A DNA stretch of 64,000 bases from contig CAWFXL010000001.1 in the NCBI GenBank assembly GCA_963819815.1, positions 480,001 to 544,000 on the forward strand, read 5' to 3'. This document shows, one piece after another, positions 39,038-49,672 of the stretch. Source of the DNA: an uncultured bacterium. GTDB lineage: Bacteria; Babelota; Babeliae; Babelales; Babelaceae. Each line of letters starts with the position of its first letter. The stretch's first letter is position 1. A model generated the notes under the pieces. It saw nothing but the letters and a program-made list of their open reading frames with translations, was not told the origin of the DNA and searched no databases. Both the position numbers and the translations under genes were made by a program.

Positions 39038-40936
39038 ATGAAACGACATTTATTCATTTTCAGTCTCGGACTGTTATCCTTTCAAAGTTCTCTCCCCATG
39101 ACAAAAGTAGTCTACGATGAAGTTGCCGCAGCAGTGCGAGCTGGTGATATCCAGAAATTACGTAGTTTAAAAGGAAAAGTCGATTTTGAGGCATTGGTAG
39201 ATCCCGAGTATGGCGCGAACCCTCTTTTTTGGGCAATTGATCTTAATTCGCCTGCTGTTCTCAGGTTTTTTCTTAACGAAACCACGATAGATGTTAATAA
39301 AACAAACAACCGTAGGACAACCCCACTTCTGTTTGCCGTCGAGAGTCCCCATAGACTGGAAGTAGTCAAATTACTATTAGCAAAACCCGGAATCAACTTA
39401 CATATTAGGGGCGCTTCGGGTATGACCGCTTTAGAACGGGCAGATGAGGAATATCATACCGTTCTTCGTGAAGCAGGCGCTGAGGTACCATTAACTGAGA
39501 CCGTCTTCTCTGTGGCGATTGACTTAAATAAGAAATGGATCGTCGAAAGATTTTATCAAGAACATCCAACTGAAATTGTGGCAGCACACGTTATGCATGC
39601 TGCGCGGACTCATCGAGAATTAGCGGCATTTTTTACGGAAAAATTACTCCATGGATCGTTCGTGAGCGCAGAACACTATGATGATTATTTTATGCTTGAT
39701 TTTGGGGCGTTTTTTGCTGCCCATCCTGACGTTGAGGAGATTCAGTTTTTATATGGCCGGTTTCAGATAAGCCATATACTCACAAGACCTATTCAATCTG
39801 CATCATCGCAGGCTCCTCGCCTTACTGCTGCGCTACTCAGAAAAGAAACAAGTTGTGGAGAACAGCAAAAAAGCGCCATGATTATCATATTTAAGCCAAG
39901 CGAGTTACCGCATCAAGAGACGCCTCAAGCAACATCTGCAACCTCATCCCATCTACCACAGCGCTGCACATTGCCAACGAGGGAGCGCGATATATCTTTT
40001 GCACAAGCCATTATCCAAAGCGATCTAAAAAAAATATCAGAATTAGCCCAACAGGGCGCCGATGTAAATCAATTATTCAATGGTACTGAGACAGCAGCTC
40101 ATTTTGCTATAGCAGAGAATAATATCGAACTGCTTGGTGTTTTGGCATCATTCTCTCATTTTAACCAAAATAGTAAGAATGCTTATGGCACCTCGCTCGT
40201 GAACGCTATAGCACACCTCACCAGCCTCGTAACCCCTCCTTGGAGTTTTATTGAAGCAGCGATTAAAACTCTTACAAGCCGTGGACCTCTGCAATGGGCT
40301 GATCGTAATAGATCTGGTTTCCATTCTCTTCATATTACTCGTGCGAATGACCGCCATCTGAGATTTGCCCAACTAAGAATCAAATACGACAGATCTGTCG
40401 ATGGATCAGCCTCTGCACAAGTGGCCTTTCCCTTTTTGCCACCTGATTTTATGAGTGCACAGAGTGCTTCCTCCTCGGGGCAACCTGTTGTCCAAGGTGA
40501 TCATAACCCCCCGCAATGCGAAACTATTACTATCCGAGGTGATGGTACCGACGTTATTCCAGACCAGTATAAAGGTATTTCGTTACCACCAGGCACCTAC
40601 ACAAAAGAAGAATTTGATAAGGCGCTAAAACAAAGATATGAAAAGTTTTTAGAAGAACAAAAAAAAGTGCACAAGTGTGCTCTGTGCCAAAAAGACGCTT
40701 CATCTCGGTGTGCTAAATGCAAAAAGGTATATTACTGTAGCGGTGAATGTCAAAAAAACCACTGGCCTGATCATAGAGCGGAATTTCATGTGCCAGCACC
40801 TTGCAGCATTTGTCTTGAAATAGTAGCAGACGCGCGCCAAGAACAGTGTGGGCACCAATTTCATGCATCGTGCATAGCAAAATGGATAAAAGCCACTTGC
40901 CCGGTCTGCAAAGCTAACCTTAATCCTGCCATATAA
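39038..40936 (+). CDS. Secreted ankyrin + MYND zinc finger + RING-H2 protein (candidate E3 ubiquitin ligase effector)
   Basis: ANK repeats; MYND CALC..RCAKCKKVYYCSGECQKNHWPDH; RING-H2 CSICLE..CGHQFHASCIAKW..TCPVCK. Confidence 0.92.
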   Translation: MKRHLFIFSLGLLSFQSSLPMTKVVYDEVAAAVRAGDIQKLRSLKGKVDFEALVDPEYGANPLFWAIDLNSPAVLRFFLNETTIDVNKTNNRRTTPLLFAVESPHRLEVVKLLLAKPGINLHIRGASGMTALERADEEYHTVLREAGAEVPLTETVFSVAIDLNKKWIVERFYQEHPTEIVAAHVMHAARTHRELAAFFTEKLLHGSFVSAEHYDDYFMLDFGAFFAAHPDVEEIQFLYGRFQISHILTRPIQSASSQAPRLTAALLRKETSCGEQQKSAMIIIFKPSELPHQETPQATSATSSHLPQRCTLPTRERDISFAQAIIQSDLKKISELAQQGADVNQLFNGTETAAHFAIAENNIELLGVLASFSHFNQNSKNAYGTSLVNAIAHLTSLVTPPWSFIEAAIKTLTSRGPLQWADRNRSGFHSLHITRANDRHLRFAQLRIKYDRSVDGSASAQVAFPFLPPDFMSAQSASSSGQPVVQGDHNPPQCETITIRGDGTDVIPDQYKGISLPPGTYTKEEFDKALKQRYEKFLEEQKKVHKCALCQKDASSRCAKCKKVYYCSGECQKNHWPDHRAEFHVPAPCSICLEIVADARQEQCGHQFHASCIAKWIKATCPVCKANLNPAI

Positions 40937-41258
40937 CCCAGGGGCTTTTATCAAGGCAACAACTGGGGTCTGGTTTGACTCTGCATGAGTCGTTTTAGGG
41001 AGAGAAGAAAAGAAGAAAGAAGCCAAGATGAATCTTGGCTTCTTCGATAAAGTTACCTATTAATTCGCTTTATGCTCAGCATAATATTATCGAATTCAGT
41101 GTTTACGGTAACTATCAAGAATTATCAGCAAAACACCATAGCTGTGGCCAATGTTACACTGGCCAAAAACAGGTCCTGCAAATCCAGGAGGAAATGTTAA
41201 TTTGCGGTGAGGTAACATTCGCCTAAAAATTTACCTGCTTGATTTGTGGTCGGCTTTA

Positions 41259-41494
41259 TTAATTGCCGATCAATAAGTTCTTTAAGCGTATTATTAGTTG
41301 AACCCGCTTCTCAACAGAAATATCCTCAGCCTTTAACGCTTCAAGAATTTCGTACATATCACTTCTCATCACCCTAGCGCCTTGTCTCTGTCCTGTGCAT
41401 CTTGTAGAACTTTTGCTGCAGGACCAGACGAGCCCATTGCCACATAAGAATGGCCGACAATAGCAAGAACTATAAAGCTTCGTGATAAATTCAT
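41259..41494 (-). pseudogene. Frameshifted secreted-protein gene
   Basis: MNLSRSFIVLAIVGHSYVA|MGSSGPAAKVLQDAQDRDKALG* continues in another frame as VMRSDMYEILEALK... Confidence 0.55.
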
Positions 41495-41813
41495 ACATGG
41501 ACCTTTCATTAATGATTGTTAAGTTATTACGCTCAAAAGTTTAGAGGTTAAAAAAAAATAATCAACGTGTTGTTAGGACCATTGAATCGAAGAATCAGCA
41601 AATTTAAAAAAATTTGCATCCCGGCAAGACTTACCATTTAGCGTTAGGTTAAATTCGCATAGACAGAGTAAGATCTCCTATTAATTTAATAAACAGATTT
41701 TTGTTCAAGGAAGCTTTCTCGCATCGTAAGAAAATTCATCTTTACTGGATGCCACGCCGAAAGTCTTATGGAGAGCCTAGAGACACTCGTACGCATTTCG
41801 CCTCTTGTATCCC

Positions 41814-41842
41814 TTGACTACTATATTTAAATATAGTAGTCT
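41814..41842 (+). promoter_or_regulatory. Promoter with overlapping perfect 26-bp palindromic operator
   Basis: TTGACT-N17-TAGTCT; GACTACTATATTT/AAATATAGTAGTC at 41816-41841. Confidence 0.75.
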
Positions 41843-41854
41843 TAAATAGAGTAG

Positions 41855-41959
41855 CCTCACCCGCTATCGATAATAATATTGCTCGCTATAGGTAACAAAA
41901 GAAACCAAAAGAACGATATTGAGATCGCCCGCGAGCGCATGATGGGGAGTAATAAATGA
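41855..41959 (+). pseudogene. 3' remnant of a RelE/HigB-like toxin gene
   Basis: IIILLAIGNKRNQKNDIEIARERM resembles the addiction-module killer C-terminus (ilLL.GGdK..Q..DI..A); stop overlaps the antitoxin ATG (ATGA). Confidence 0.7.
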
Positions 41960-42267
41960 AAACTAAGAGCTTTACAGCATATCTTGAGAAGCGTCTTAAT
42001 AAAAATGAGATCGCTCAGATTAAAGAACAAGCAGAACTCGAGATCAGAATACTCAAGTCGATCCAGAAGATTCTTGCCGAAACTATGGCTGAATATATGA
42101 GAGAGAATGGTGTAGGATTCAACGAACTGGTACGTCTTTTAAACTCAAGTCCCGCTCACGTTTCAAAAATACAGCGAGGGGAGGCAAATTTAACACTTTC
42201 AAGTTTGGCTCACTTATTAGCATTAATGGGGAAAGAGCCGCACGAAGTGTTTAAAGGTCTGAAGTAG
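41956..42267 (+). CDS. XRE-family HTH protein, HigA-like antitoxin
   Basis: GVGFNELVRLLNSSPAHVSKIQRGEANLTLSSL. Confidence 0.88.
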   Translation: MKTKSFTAYLEKRLNKNEIAQIKEQAELEIRILKSIQKILAETMAEYMRENGVGFNELVRLLNSSPAHVSKIQRGEANLTLSSLAHLLALMGKEPHEVFKGLK

Positions 42268-42422
42268 CCAACCACTACTATTTTCTTAGCCGACCTCGAG
42301 GGTATCATTGCATTAAAATATCATGATAACGGGCTGATGTAATCGAAAAGCCCTACCCAAAAAGAATAGGAACGTTTTGTCTAGAGGTATGTTCTTCATG
42401 AATGCATCAACACCATCGGATG

Positions 42423-43016
42423 CTAATTAGTAGTTAAACGCAACAATTGCTGATGATCGTATTTGGTTTCGGCATCCGTCTCATGTAATAGGTACTCATC
42501 ATCAACGGAAAATGGTGGTTTATTAACGACGCCGACTACAAAGTTGTCATGTGGGATGGTATAATGAGAGGTATTTGGTAGCATAATAAGACAATCGTCC
42601 TCAGACACAGAGTATTCTTCACCACCAACCACAATAGTCGCTGTTCCTTGTAACACAAAATAGATTTCAATATTCTCTTTATGATAGTGTGGTGCAGCAA
42701 ACTTTATGGTTCCCATATCGGCAATAGCATAATCTTCGTTGCTACGCCCCTCTACACTTCCTAATGGATAAACGGTTCCGCACCCTACCTGGATTGGCTG
42801 GCCCTTTTTAATTAACTCTTTCCAATCATGCTGTTTAAAAAAGACACTCCAATATTCCAATCTTTCCACGAGATCTTCATCTTTTGTGTTGAGAGCATCG
42901 GAGTTAAGAGGCCTAATGCCCACTTCCTTAACAAGTTCTGCAACACTAGCATGCAGGGATATAATGAAACTCACAGAACACATGGCTGTCACGACAAGAA
43001 AACTGATTTTTTTCAT
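42423..43016 (-). CDS. Secreted cupin-domain protein
   Basis: PHYHKENIEIYFVLQG...LPNTSH metal-binding cupin motifs; signal peptide; AGGAG RBS. Confidence 0.88.
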   Translation of the reverse strand: MKKISFLVVTAMCSVSFIISLHASVAELVKEVGIRPLNSDALNTKDEDLVERLEYWSVFFKQHDWKELIKKGQPIQVGCGTVYPLGSVEGRSNEDYAIADMGTIKFAAPHYHKENIEIYFVLQGTATIVVGGEEYSVSEDDCLIMLPNTSHYTIPHDNFVVGVVNKPPFSVDDEYLLHETDAETKYDHQQLLRLTTN

Positions 43017-43251
43017 TCAGATACTCCTAATACGTCTTACATTTGTACTTTGCATACTTTTTTATTTTAACAGATTCCTCAAGAGCGTCCATAGGCTTTA
43101 CTGGCTCAACCAGGTGAGGAAAAATGTCAATGCAGGGATTAATGCCCATTTTTGTGAAGCCCTGTTAAGCAGATTTATAGGCTTTTGCTCATTGAGACAA
43201 TGCAGTATACACTTTTAATAATAGGAGACCGAACTATAAGGATACTGAGCT

Positions 43252-43995
43252 ATGAAGAAATTATTACTTCTTCTTTTAATAAGTAGTACGGCCCCTTCTG
43301 TTGCTGCAAACTCATTCTTACGTAAAGTTGGAGCGCTAGTTACTGGTTCTGCATTAGCATACGCTGGCCATTTCGCGTGTGAATATATAAGCACGATGTG
43401 TCATGAGCTAGGTCATGCTAGTGCTTACAAACTCATGATTGGTGGCCCCACATCGACAACTGTGTTTCGGAGTTCTAGCATATTAGCTCCATGGGCTGGA
43501 AACTGTTCTATGAGCGAGATTGCGGATAAGAAGCGGCGGGCATTTATATTGGCTTCCGGTCCTTTGGCTGGGATTGTCACCACATTTGCCCAGGTCTATC
43601 TACTGAATGCCCTCGAGCGAAACTTGAGAGGATCACATTCTGCATCACTTTCTCCACTTGAGTATTTCAAAGAGATGTATCATGGCACAAAGTCTGCAAG
43701 CACTGCAATATTGGATAAGGGCGAGGTTCCTGGCTTCTTGGAAGATACCTTCGATATCGCATTCAAAATGCTTAAATTTTTCCGCTTCTCACGCATTGTC
43801 GGAGAAAGCATTTACGGATTTACACCTGTCGCAGTGCCTCAAGGCGTGGGAGATGGCCAAAAACTATGGGCTATGGCGCTCAATCGGGATGCTCATGCAA
43901 CAGTCCTTACCAATAAACTATCTACTGTCACCGGCATCATCATGCTCTCTCCAGCTCTTGCAGGTCTATCTCAGGCGCTTAGGTCGAAGGCTTAG
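43252..43995 (+). CDS. M50-like membrane zinc metalloprotease with signal peptide
   Basis: HELGH, ASGPLAG and downstream GDG motifs. Confidence 0.8.
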   Translation: MKKLLLLLLISSTAPSVAANSFLRKVGALVTGSALAYAGHFACEYISTMCHELGHASAYKLMIGGPTSTTVFRSSSILAPWAGNCSMSEIADKKRRAFILASGPLAGIVTTFAQVYLLNALERNLRGSHSASLSPLEYFKEMYHGTKSASTAILDKGEVPGFLEDTFDIAFKMLKFFRFSRIVGESIYGFTPVAVPQGVGDGQKLWAMALNRDAHATVLTNKLSTVTGIIMLSPALAGLSQALRSKA

Positions 43996-44193
43996 GAATA
44001 TCATTTCCTTTCAAACAATTTGTCGATTTTGACATTTCGCTACATCTTATGAGATTCCTACTCCATACTGTGTAACCTTGATAGAGATCATTAATCGAAT
44101 CTGTGACCCCTTTATCTTTTTTAAAAAAGTGCTTTCCTGATGTTTTGAACTGCGCAGCTGAATATCGCGGGTCAAATACACACCACAATACCC

Positions 44194-47100
44194 TCAATAT
44201 TGTTTGGTTTGATTCATGTCGAACATTTTACGACCAAGCTCAAAAAACTTTTGGGCTTCATCAAAGTTTCTTTCCTTTTCAAATATACCTGCTATACGGA
44301 ACAATGCTTTAATACTCCCTTTCACGATAGCAAGTTTATAATATTTTTTTGATTCATCGAAAAGGCCCTTCTTTTCAAACACAAATCCTAAATTGAAAAG
44401 CGCATCTTGACTACCCTTATCAATAGCCAATTTCAATAATCTTTCAGCTTGCGCATAGTCATTTTCGCTTATTGCTATGCATGCTAAATTATTTAGAGCA
44501 CTAATGTTCCCATTATCAATCGCGCGCCTATACCAGCGTTTTGCTTCTTCGTTATTGCCCTGTTTTCGAAATAAAAGCCCTAAATTATTCTGTGCAAAAC
44601 CATCTTCTTGAGCGGCAGCACGTCCATAGTATTCGATTGCATCAACAAGTTTTCCTTCCCTTTCAAGTAATAATCCTATATTAAATTGAGCGATGGCAGC
44701 ACCCTTATCGGCGGCCTGCTTTAAGAGCCTTTTCGCTTCCTCATGATTACCTTCATTTTTAGCGATGCATGCTAAATTATTTAGGGCACTAATATTTCCC
44801 TGATCGGCAGAAAGCGTTAATACTATTTTCGCTTTTTTTATATTACCCTCCTTTCGCAACTCCATTCCTACAATATTTTGAGCTAAAGCATGCCCATTTT
44901 TGGCTGCGCGTTGATAGTGTACCATTGCTTCAATGACTTTGGCCTCGCATTCCAATTTTACTCCCAAAGCAAAATCCGATTCCGCATCATTATTACCGAC
45001 AGGCAGCGTAGCTAATTGTTCTGCGCTTTTATCTGCAATCTCTTCTTGAGCATGTGCATGTAGCGGAGTGGTTGTATCAGCGTCTTTATTGTCAGCACGC
45101 TTGAAGCTCCCCCCAGCCCTCATACGATTCTCTTCAATTTGAATTCTACCAGCGATGTCTATTTGATCATTAACTTTTTCTTGAGCATCTTCCGAGAACC
45201 GTTCTGCTTCTTTAATCGTCTCTTCATTTTGAACTCTTTCAACTATTTTAGCCTGGGATTGAGCGTTTCGCCTAGCGGCTGAGTCAATACCTTTATTCAC
45301 AGTACGCACACGCAACGTACCAGTTTTTTTACCAGCATCTTCGTTTTGTGCATTACCACCTTGTGCACAAGCGTTTCGCTTAAAGGCTGCATTATAATCC
45401 AGTGCGGTATTACCTTTCTTATCTTTGAATTCCAAAGACACTCCACTTTTGACCAATAACTCCTCTAAAAAAACTAGCTTTTCAAGCTGAGAAGTTCGTC
45501 GCAACTGACCGTGGGTTTTTTTCATTTTACAAGCCAATATGATGGGTGTTTCACCGAGTGAATTTTGAATATTTGGATTTATAATAGCATTATCTCTTAA
45601 TAATGCAGCTGCTGCAGGTACGCGACAATCCCTTACTGCATTGTGTAGAGCAGTATCACCTGTCTTTGAAACTCTATTTGGATCAGCACCACTCAAAAGT
45701 AATCTGCATACAATAACACTATTTCCCATCCGCGCGGCGATATGAAGAGGCGTCTCTCCCTCACTAGTTAGATCATTAGGATTAGCTCCATTGTTAAGTA
45801 ACGCATCCACATGATTAATACGGCCTTTTAAAACAGCTAAATGCAAGAGAGTATAACGATGACGCGATGTTTGAATTTCTGAAAAGTCAGCAAACCAATC
45901 GTATAATTCAGGTAACTCTTTATCCAAAAGAGCGAGCGCAATTTGTCTGCCAACGCGCATTTGTAAAGAAATTTTGGCCCCATATTCCCGAAGAAGATTA
46001 AAGCATTGCATGAGCGGGTGAGCTTGTATGGTATCTTTATCATGGGAGCCATCAAAGAGCGAAAAAAATTCTCGCCCATTATTTCCTGAACATATGTGTT
46101 CAAGAGGAGTTACCCCATTATTATTAGGTAGTGCAGGGTGTACCTTGCTTTGTAGCATTAAGCGCACTGCATTAACGTTGCGGCGGTCAATTGCGCTATG
46201 CAGAGGTGCAAGATAATTTGTAGTACAGTCCGGGTTAGTTCCAGCATCTATGAGAGCTTTTACACAATCAGTCTGTTCATGCATAAATGAATAAAAGAGG
46301 ACTCGTTCACAGTCTAAGGCAGAAGGTCTTTCTTCGCCTTTGTTTACTAAGAAAAGGCTAACTAAATGAGGAATATTATAGCGAACTGCTCTGTCGAGTG
46401 GAGTTTCTCCTTTATTATTAGTTGTATTTATGCGTGATGTATATTTTAACAGCAGCTCAACAATATTACACCGCGGATCACTATCTTCCATAAACCCATT
46501 ATCTTTTTTAGGTATAGCATTCGCATTTTTGAAGAGATCTAATGCAACCATAAGGGGAGTATCTCCCTTTTTATTACGCTTATCAATCTGACACAAGGCG
46601 CGAGGTTGTAGAGACATTTTTTCCAGTAATAGTGCAACCATTTCTTCATCTGCTTTTTCCACCGCTAAATGGAGTGCAGTAGAGCCATCTGCATTAGTTT
46701 TCATAAAATCAATACCTGCTTCGAGTAAAGCCATAACGCTCTCGAGGTAGCCATTTGAGACAGCTATATGGAGAGCATTTTGCAATGAATCCCCTTCAAC
46801 GGCATCCAAATCACAGAGTTCAGATTCACTTGCTAGAACACTTATAAATCCTGACAAATTCTTTCGGGCCGCCATTATAAGGGGAAGCTCACCCCGAGTT
46901 GCATAATTTGCCCTAGCCCTACCAAACTTGTAGAGAATAATAAATGCCTCACGGCATTCATTCTCAATTGATAAAAGTAGTGGATTTGATGGGAAATGAA
47001 GTCCGTTTTGAAGGGCCTTAAGAATAACTCTGTTTACGTTAGCTCCATATGCTATGAGCATCGCCACAGATTGATCATAATTATTGCATGATGCAGTATG

Positions 47101-47874
47101 TAGTGGAGATACGTTGTCTCTATTTGCGGCATCAGGAGAAGCACCCGCATCAAGAAGTGCATCAACGCATAAAAAGTTGTTACCTTCAACTGCAGCATGT
47201 AAGGCAGTTCTTCTTTCAAATAAATTTCGAGCATTAAGATCGGGCTTCATGCTCACCAATAAACCTACTGTGTTGATTTTACCTCTTGAGGCTGCTCGAT
47301 GCAGAATAGTTTCTCTACCTTCTGGCGTATCAAAGAGATAATTTAGCCATCGTAAATCTTTAAATATACTAGCAAGCAATGCTGCATTATCAATCTCAAT
47401 GGCCTGATTCAGAATTACTTCATCAACATTGGCTCCTGATTCAATAAGAAGCTTTGACAGGGCAAGCTCTCTAGCATGCACACTGTACCAGAGTGCAGTT
47501 CGGTTAGAAGTATCTTTTTGATTAAGATATAAGGCCAGTAGATTTTTACTAAAAAAGCTAAAAAGAAATGAAGGAGGAGGTGCTTGCCGTGCAGCTTCTA
47601 ACGTAAGCCGCTTTGCACATTCAAAATGACCATGTGAAGTGGCGCATAGAAGAGCTGTTGTTCTCTGCTCATCTGAAGCAAATGGACTTACGTTTCGCTG
47701 TAACATGGTATCAAGGTCAACTAAATTACCCTGTTCTGCAGCTTCAAAAAGCCTTCTATTCATGGATTCAGCAACGGCTAAAGCAGCACCGTGAGCTTCC
47801 CTAAAAGATGCTAGGCAATACAGACCGTAGAAAAGACTTCGTGTTAAGAACTTAAGCGAAGAGAAGACCGGCAT
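44194..47874 (-). CDS. Secreted ankyrin-repeat + Sel1/TPR-repeat protein
   Basis: Many ANK repeats, then Sel1 motifs AQFNIG, AQNNLG, ALNNLA, ALFNLG; GAGGT RBS before MPVF. Confidence 0.93.
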   Translation of the reverse strand: MPVFSSLKFLTRSLFYGLYCLASFREAHGAALAVAESMNRRLFEAAEQGNLVDLDTMLQRNVSPFASDEQRTTALLCATSHGHFECAKRLTLEAARQAPPPSFLFSFFSKNLLALYLNQKDTSNRTALWYSVHARELALSKLLIESGANVDEVILNQAIEIDNAALLASIFKDLRWLNYLFDTPEGRETILHRAASRGKINTVGLLVSMKPDLNARNLFERRTALHAAVEGNNFLCVDALLDAGASPDAANRDNVSPLHTASCNNYDQSVAMLIAYGANVNRVILKALQNGLHFPSNPLLLSIENECREAFIILYKFGRARANYATRGELPLIMAARKNLSGFISVLASESELCDLDAVEGDSLQNALHIAVSNGYLESVMALLEAGIDFMKTNADGSTALHLAVEKADEEMVALLLEKMSLQPRALCQIDKRNKKGDTPLMVALDLFKNANAIPKKDNGFMEDSDPRCNIVELLLKYTSRINTTNNKGETPLDRAVRYNIPHLVSLFLVNKGEERPSALDCERVLFYSFMHEQTDCVKALIDAGTNPDCTTNYLAPLHSAIDRRNVNAVRLMLQSKVHPALPNNNGVTPLEHICSGNNGREFFSLFDGSHDKDTIQAHPLMQCFNLLREYGAKISLQMRVGRQIALALLDKELPELYDWFADFSEIQTSRHRYTLLHLAVLKGRINHVDALLNNGANPNDLTSEGETPLHIAARMGNSVIVCRLLLSGADPNRVSKTGDTALHNAVRDCRVPAAAALLRDNAIINPNIQNSLGETPIILACKMKKTHGQLRRTSQLEKLVFLEELLVKSGVSLEFKDKKGNTALDYNAAFKRNACAQGGNAQNEDAGKKTGTLRVRTVNKGIDSAARRNAQSQAKIVERVQNEETIKEAERFSEDAQEKVNDQIDIAGRIQIEENRMRAGGSFKRADNKDADTTTPLHAHAQEEIADKSAEQLATLPVGNNDAESDFALGVKLECEAKVIEAMVHYQRAAKNGHALAQNIVGMELRKEGNIKKAKIVLTLSADQGNISALNNLACIAKNEGNHEEAKRLLKQAADKGAAIAQFNIGLLLEREGKLVDAIEYYGRAAAQEDGFAQNNLGLLFRKQGNNEEAKRWYRRAIDNGNISALNNLACIAISENDYAQAERLLKLAIDKGSQDALFNLGFVFEKKGLFDESKKYYKLAIVKGSIKALFRIAGIFEKERNFDEAQKFFELGRKMFDMNQTKQY

Positions 47875-48102
47875 AGTACCTCGCACATATCAAGCCTTAG
47901 AATAAAGTCCTTTCGGTATCTTATACAAAAGAAAATAGAATATAGCAATACCCTATAGTGTTAATGCTTTAAAGAATAATATGCACCAAGCAAGGATTGC
48001 CATAGCCAGAAAACAAGTACCGAAGACATTTCCTTTTTTTGTAAAACATATAATATTTAAACGCTTGTTATGAATGCCCTCACTATCTTACTAGGAGTAT
48101 GA

Positions 48103-48489
48103 ATGATTACTGGTATAACACACCTAACCCTATTTGTACGCGATCAAGATGAAGCTCTGAAATTCTATACAGAGAAACTTGGATTTACGGTGCATACGGA
48201 TGCGGATATGGGTGGCATGCGTTGGCTTACGCTAAACCCAAAAGGCCAAAAAGATTTTGAATTGGTACTCTTTCTCGCTGAAGGAACCGACACGTCACTT
48301 ATCGGAAAGCAAGGGGGTACTGGCATATTAATATGTCTCTCCTCAGATAATCTCGATAAAGATTATAAAGACTTGAAAGCCAAAGGGATTGAGTTTACCG
48401 ATGAACCTGAAGAACATCCTTGGGGAAAAAGCGTGACTATGAAAGATCTCTATGGAAACTTGTTATACCTTGTACAGCCAGCGCAGTAA
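48103..48489 (+). CDS. VOC/glyoxalase family protein
   Basis: ITHLTLFVRDQDEALKFYTEKLGF...PWGKSVTMKDLYGN. Confidence 0.93.
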   Translation: MITGITHLTLFVRDQDEALKFYTEKLGFTVHTDADMGGMRWLTLNPKGQKDFELVLFLAEGTDTSLIGKQGGTGILICLSSDNLDKDYKDLKAKGIEFTDEPEEHPWGKSVTMKDLYGNLLYLVQPAQ

Positions 48490-48618
48490 GCTCCATATCT
48501 TTACGATATCCCTGCCGGAAAGAACAACGGTTTACGACCATCGCCTAAATTAAAGAAGAGGTTTAATAAAGCTTCTGAAATCTCAGATCCTAGTCGTGTC
48601 TGCAGTTTCTTTTATTGA

Positions 48619-48650
48619 AAGAAGCCCAAGAAATTACTCTTGGGCTTCTT
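48619..48650. terminator. Bidirectional intrinsic terminator candidate
   Basis: AAGAAGCCCAAGA-aattac-TCTTGGGCTTCTT between convergent genes. Confidence 0.7.
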
Positions 48651-48676
48651 AACTGCGATAAGTTTAATTGATGCTT

Positions 48677-49198
48677 TTACTGATTTTTATGCTGAAGCTC
48701 TACTTCTTTCGCTTTTTTCTTTGTCGAATCGGCGACGTCAGCAATCTTTTCAGCAGCCGTGGCAACGGTATCATGATAGCGGTCTTTTACCTTTTCCTTA
48801 ACCGCTTGCGCCGTGTCTCCTACTTTTTCCGCAGCAGACTTTGTCTTTTCTGATACGTCCTTATAAACTTGCTTAGCCATTTCCTTTGTAGTAACAGCTG
48901 CATCGGCAGCCTTATTGGCCGTTGCGTCATAGGCTTGTTTTACCTTTTCAGACGCATTATTATATACCTCGTTGGCCTTTACTTTGCTTGCGGAAGCAGC
49001 GTTACTCACCGATTCAGCACCGGCGTTATAAGATTCTCGAGCTTTTTCGGAAGCCTTTGTAAAGAGTTCTTTTGAATCTTTGGAGTCGTTCATGGTACAC
49101 CTTCCAGTTCGTCCTGGTATTTCACTAACAATAATTGATGAAGGTAAAACTAATAGTGCACAGAAAAGACATTTAGTTACAGTTGTGCTTTTTAACAT
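48677..49198 (-). CDS. LEA-like A/K/E/S-rich repeat protein with signal peptide
   Basis: Approximately 11-aa periodicity (ASEKARESYNA, ASEKVKQAYDA, VSEKTKSAAEK); AAGGAG RBS. Confidence 0.8.
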   Translation of the reverse strand: MLKSTTVTKCLFCALLVLPSSIIVSEIPGRTGRCTMNDSKDSKELFTKASEKARESYNAGAESVSNAASASKVKANEVYNNASEKVKQAYDATANKAADAAVTTKEMAKQVYKDVSEKTKSAAEKVGDTAQAVKEKVKDRYHDTVATAAEKIADVADSTKKKAKEVELQHKNQ

Positions 49199-49672
49199 TT
49201 TATTCTCCTTACTAGGGTTAAAATATTAGACCTTGCAATAACTGGATTTTCCTTTCTGGTAAAAAGATTCGGCTTATACTAGATACTTGCAGTATACTCT
49301 TTTAAAAAAAATTGCAAACACCCAACCATCGGAGACCTAGGATACAGCAAGACATTTATCTTCATTGTCACACAAAAGATAAACGCCAAGGTAGGTTGTG
49401 CAGGACGCAAATAAGCTCTGATAATCCATTCTCGTACTTAGCCTTGAGCTTAGATACGTCTCTTGCAACGGTATTTTCTGATCTTTTAGCCATCAAAGTA
49501 GCATCGGCTTCATCGACCTAAGCAAGTTAACGAATTTTCTTATGAAGGGCTCTCATCATCAAGTCTCCTCTTTTATAAAGTTCTTGATATTAGAAACTTT
49601 CAAAGAAGCTGATTCAGCGCAATTGTCATAATCAATAATTGTTGTGGCAAATGTGATATTTTATCACCCGCT

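Noticed and set aside
49365..49570. GAGGAG RBS followed by a frame with two in-frame stops (possible readthrough or recoding)
   Set aside because: More simply a pseudogene; TAA and TAG are normal stops throughout the window
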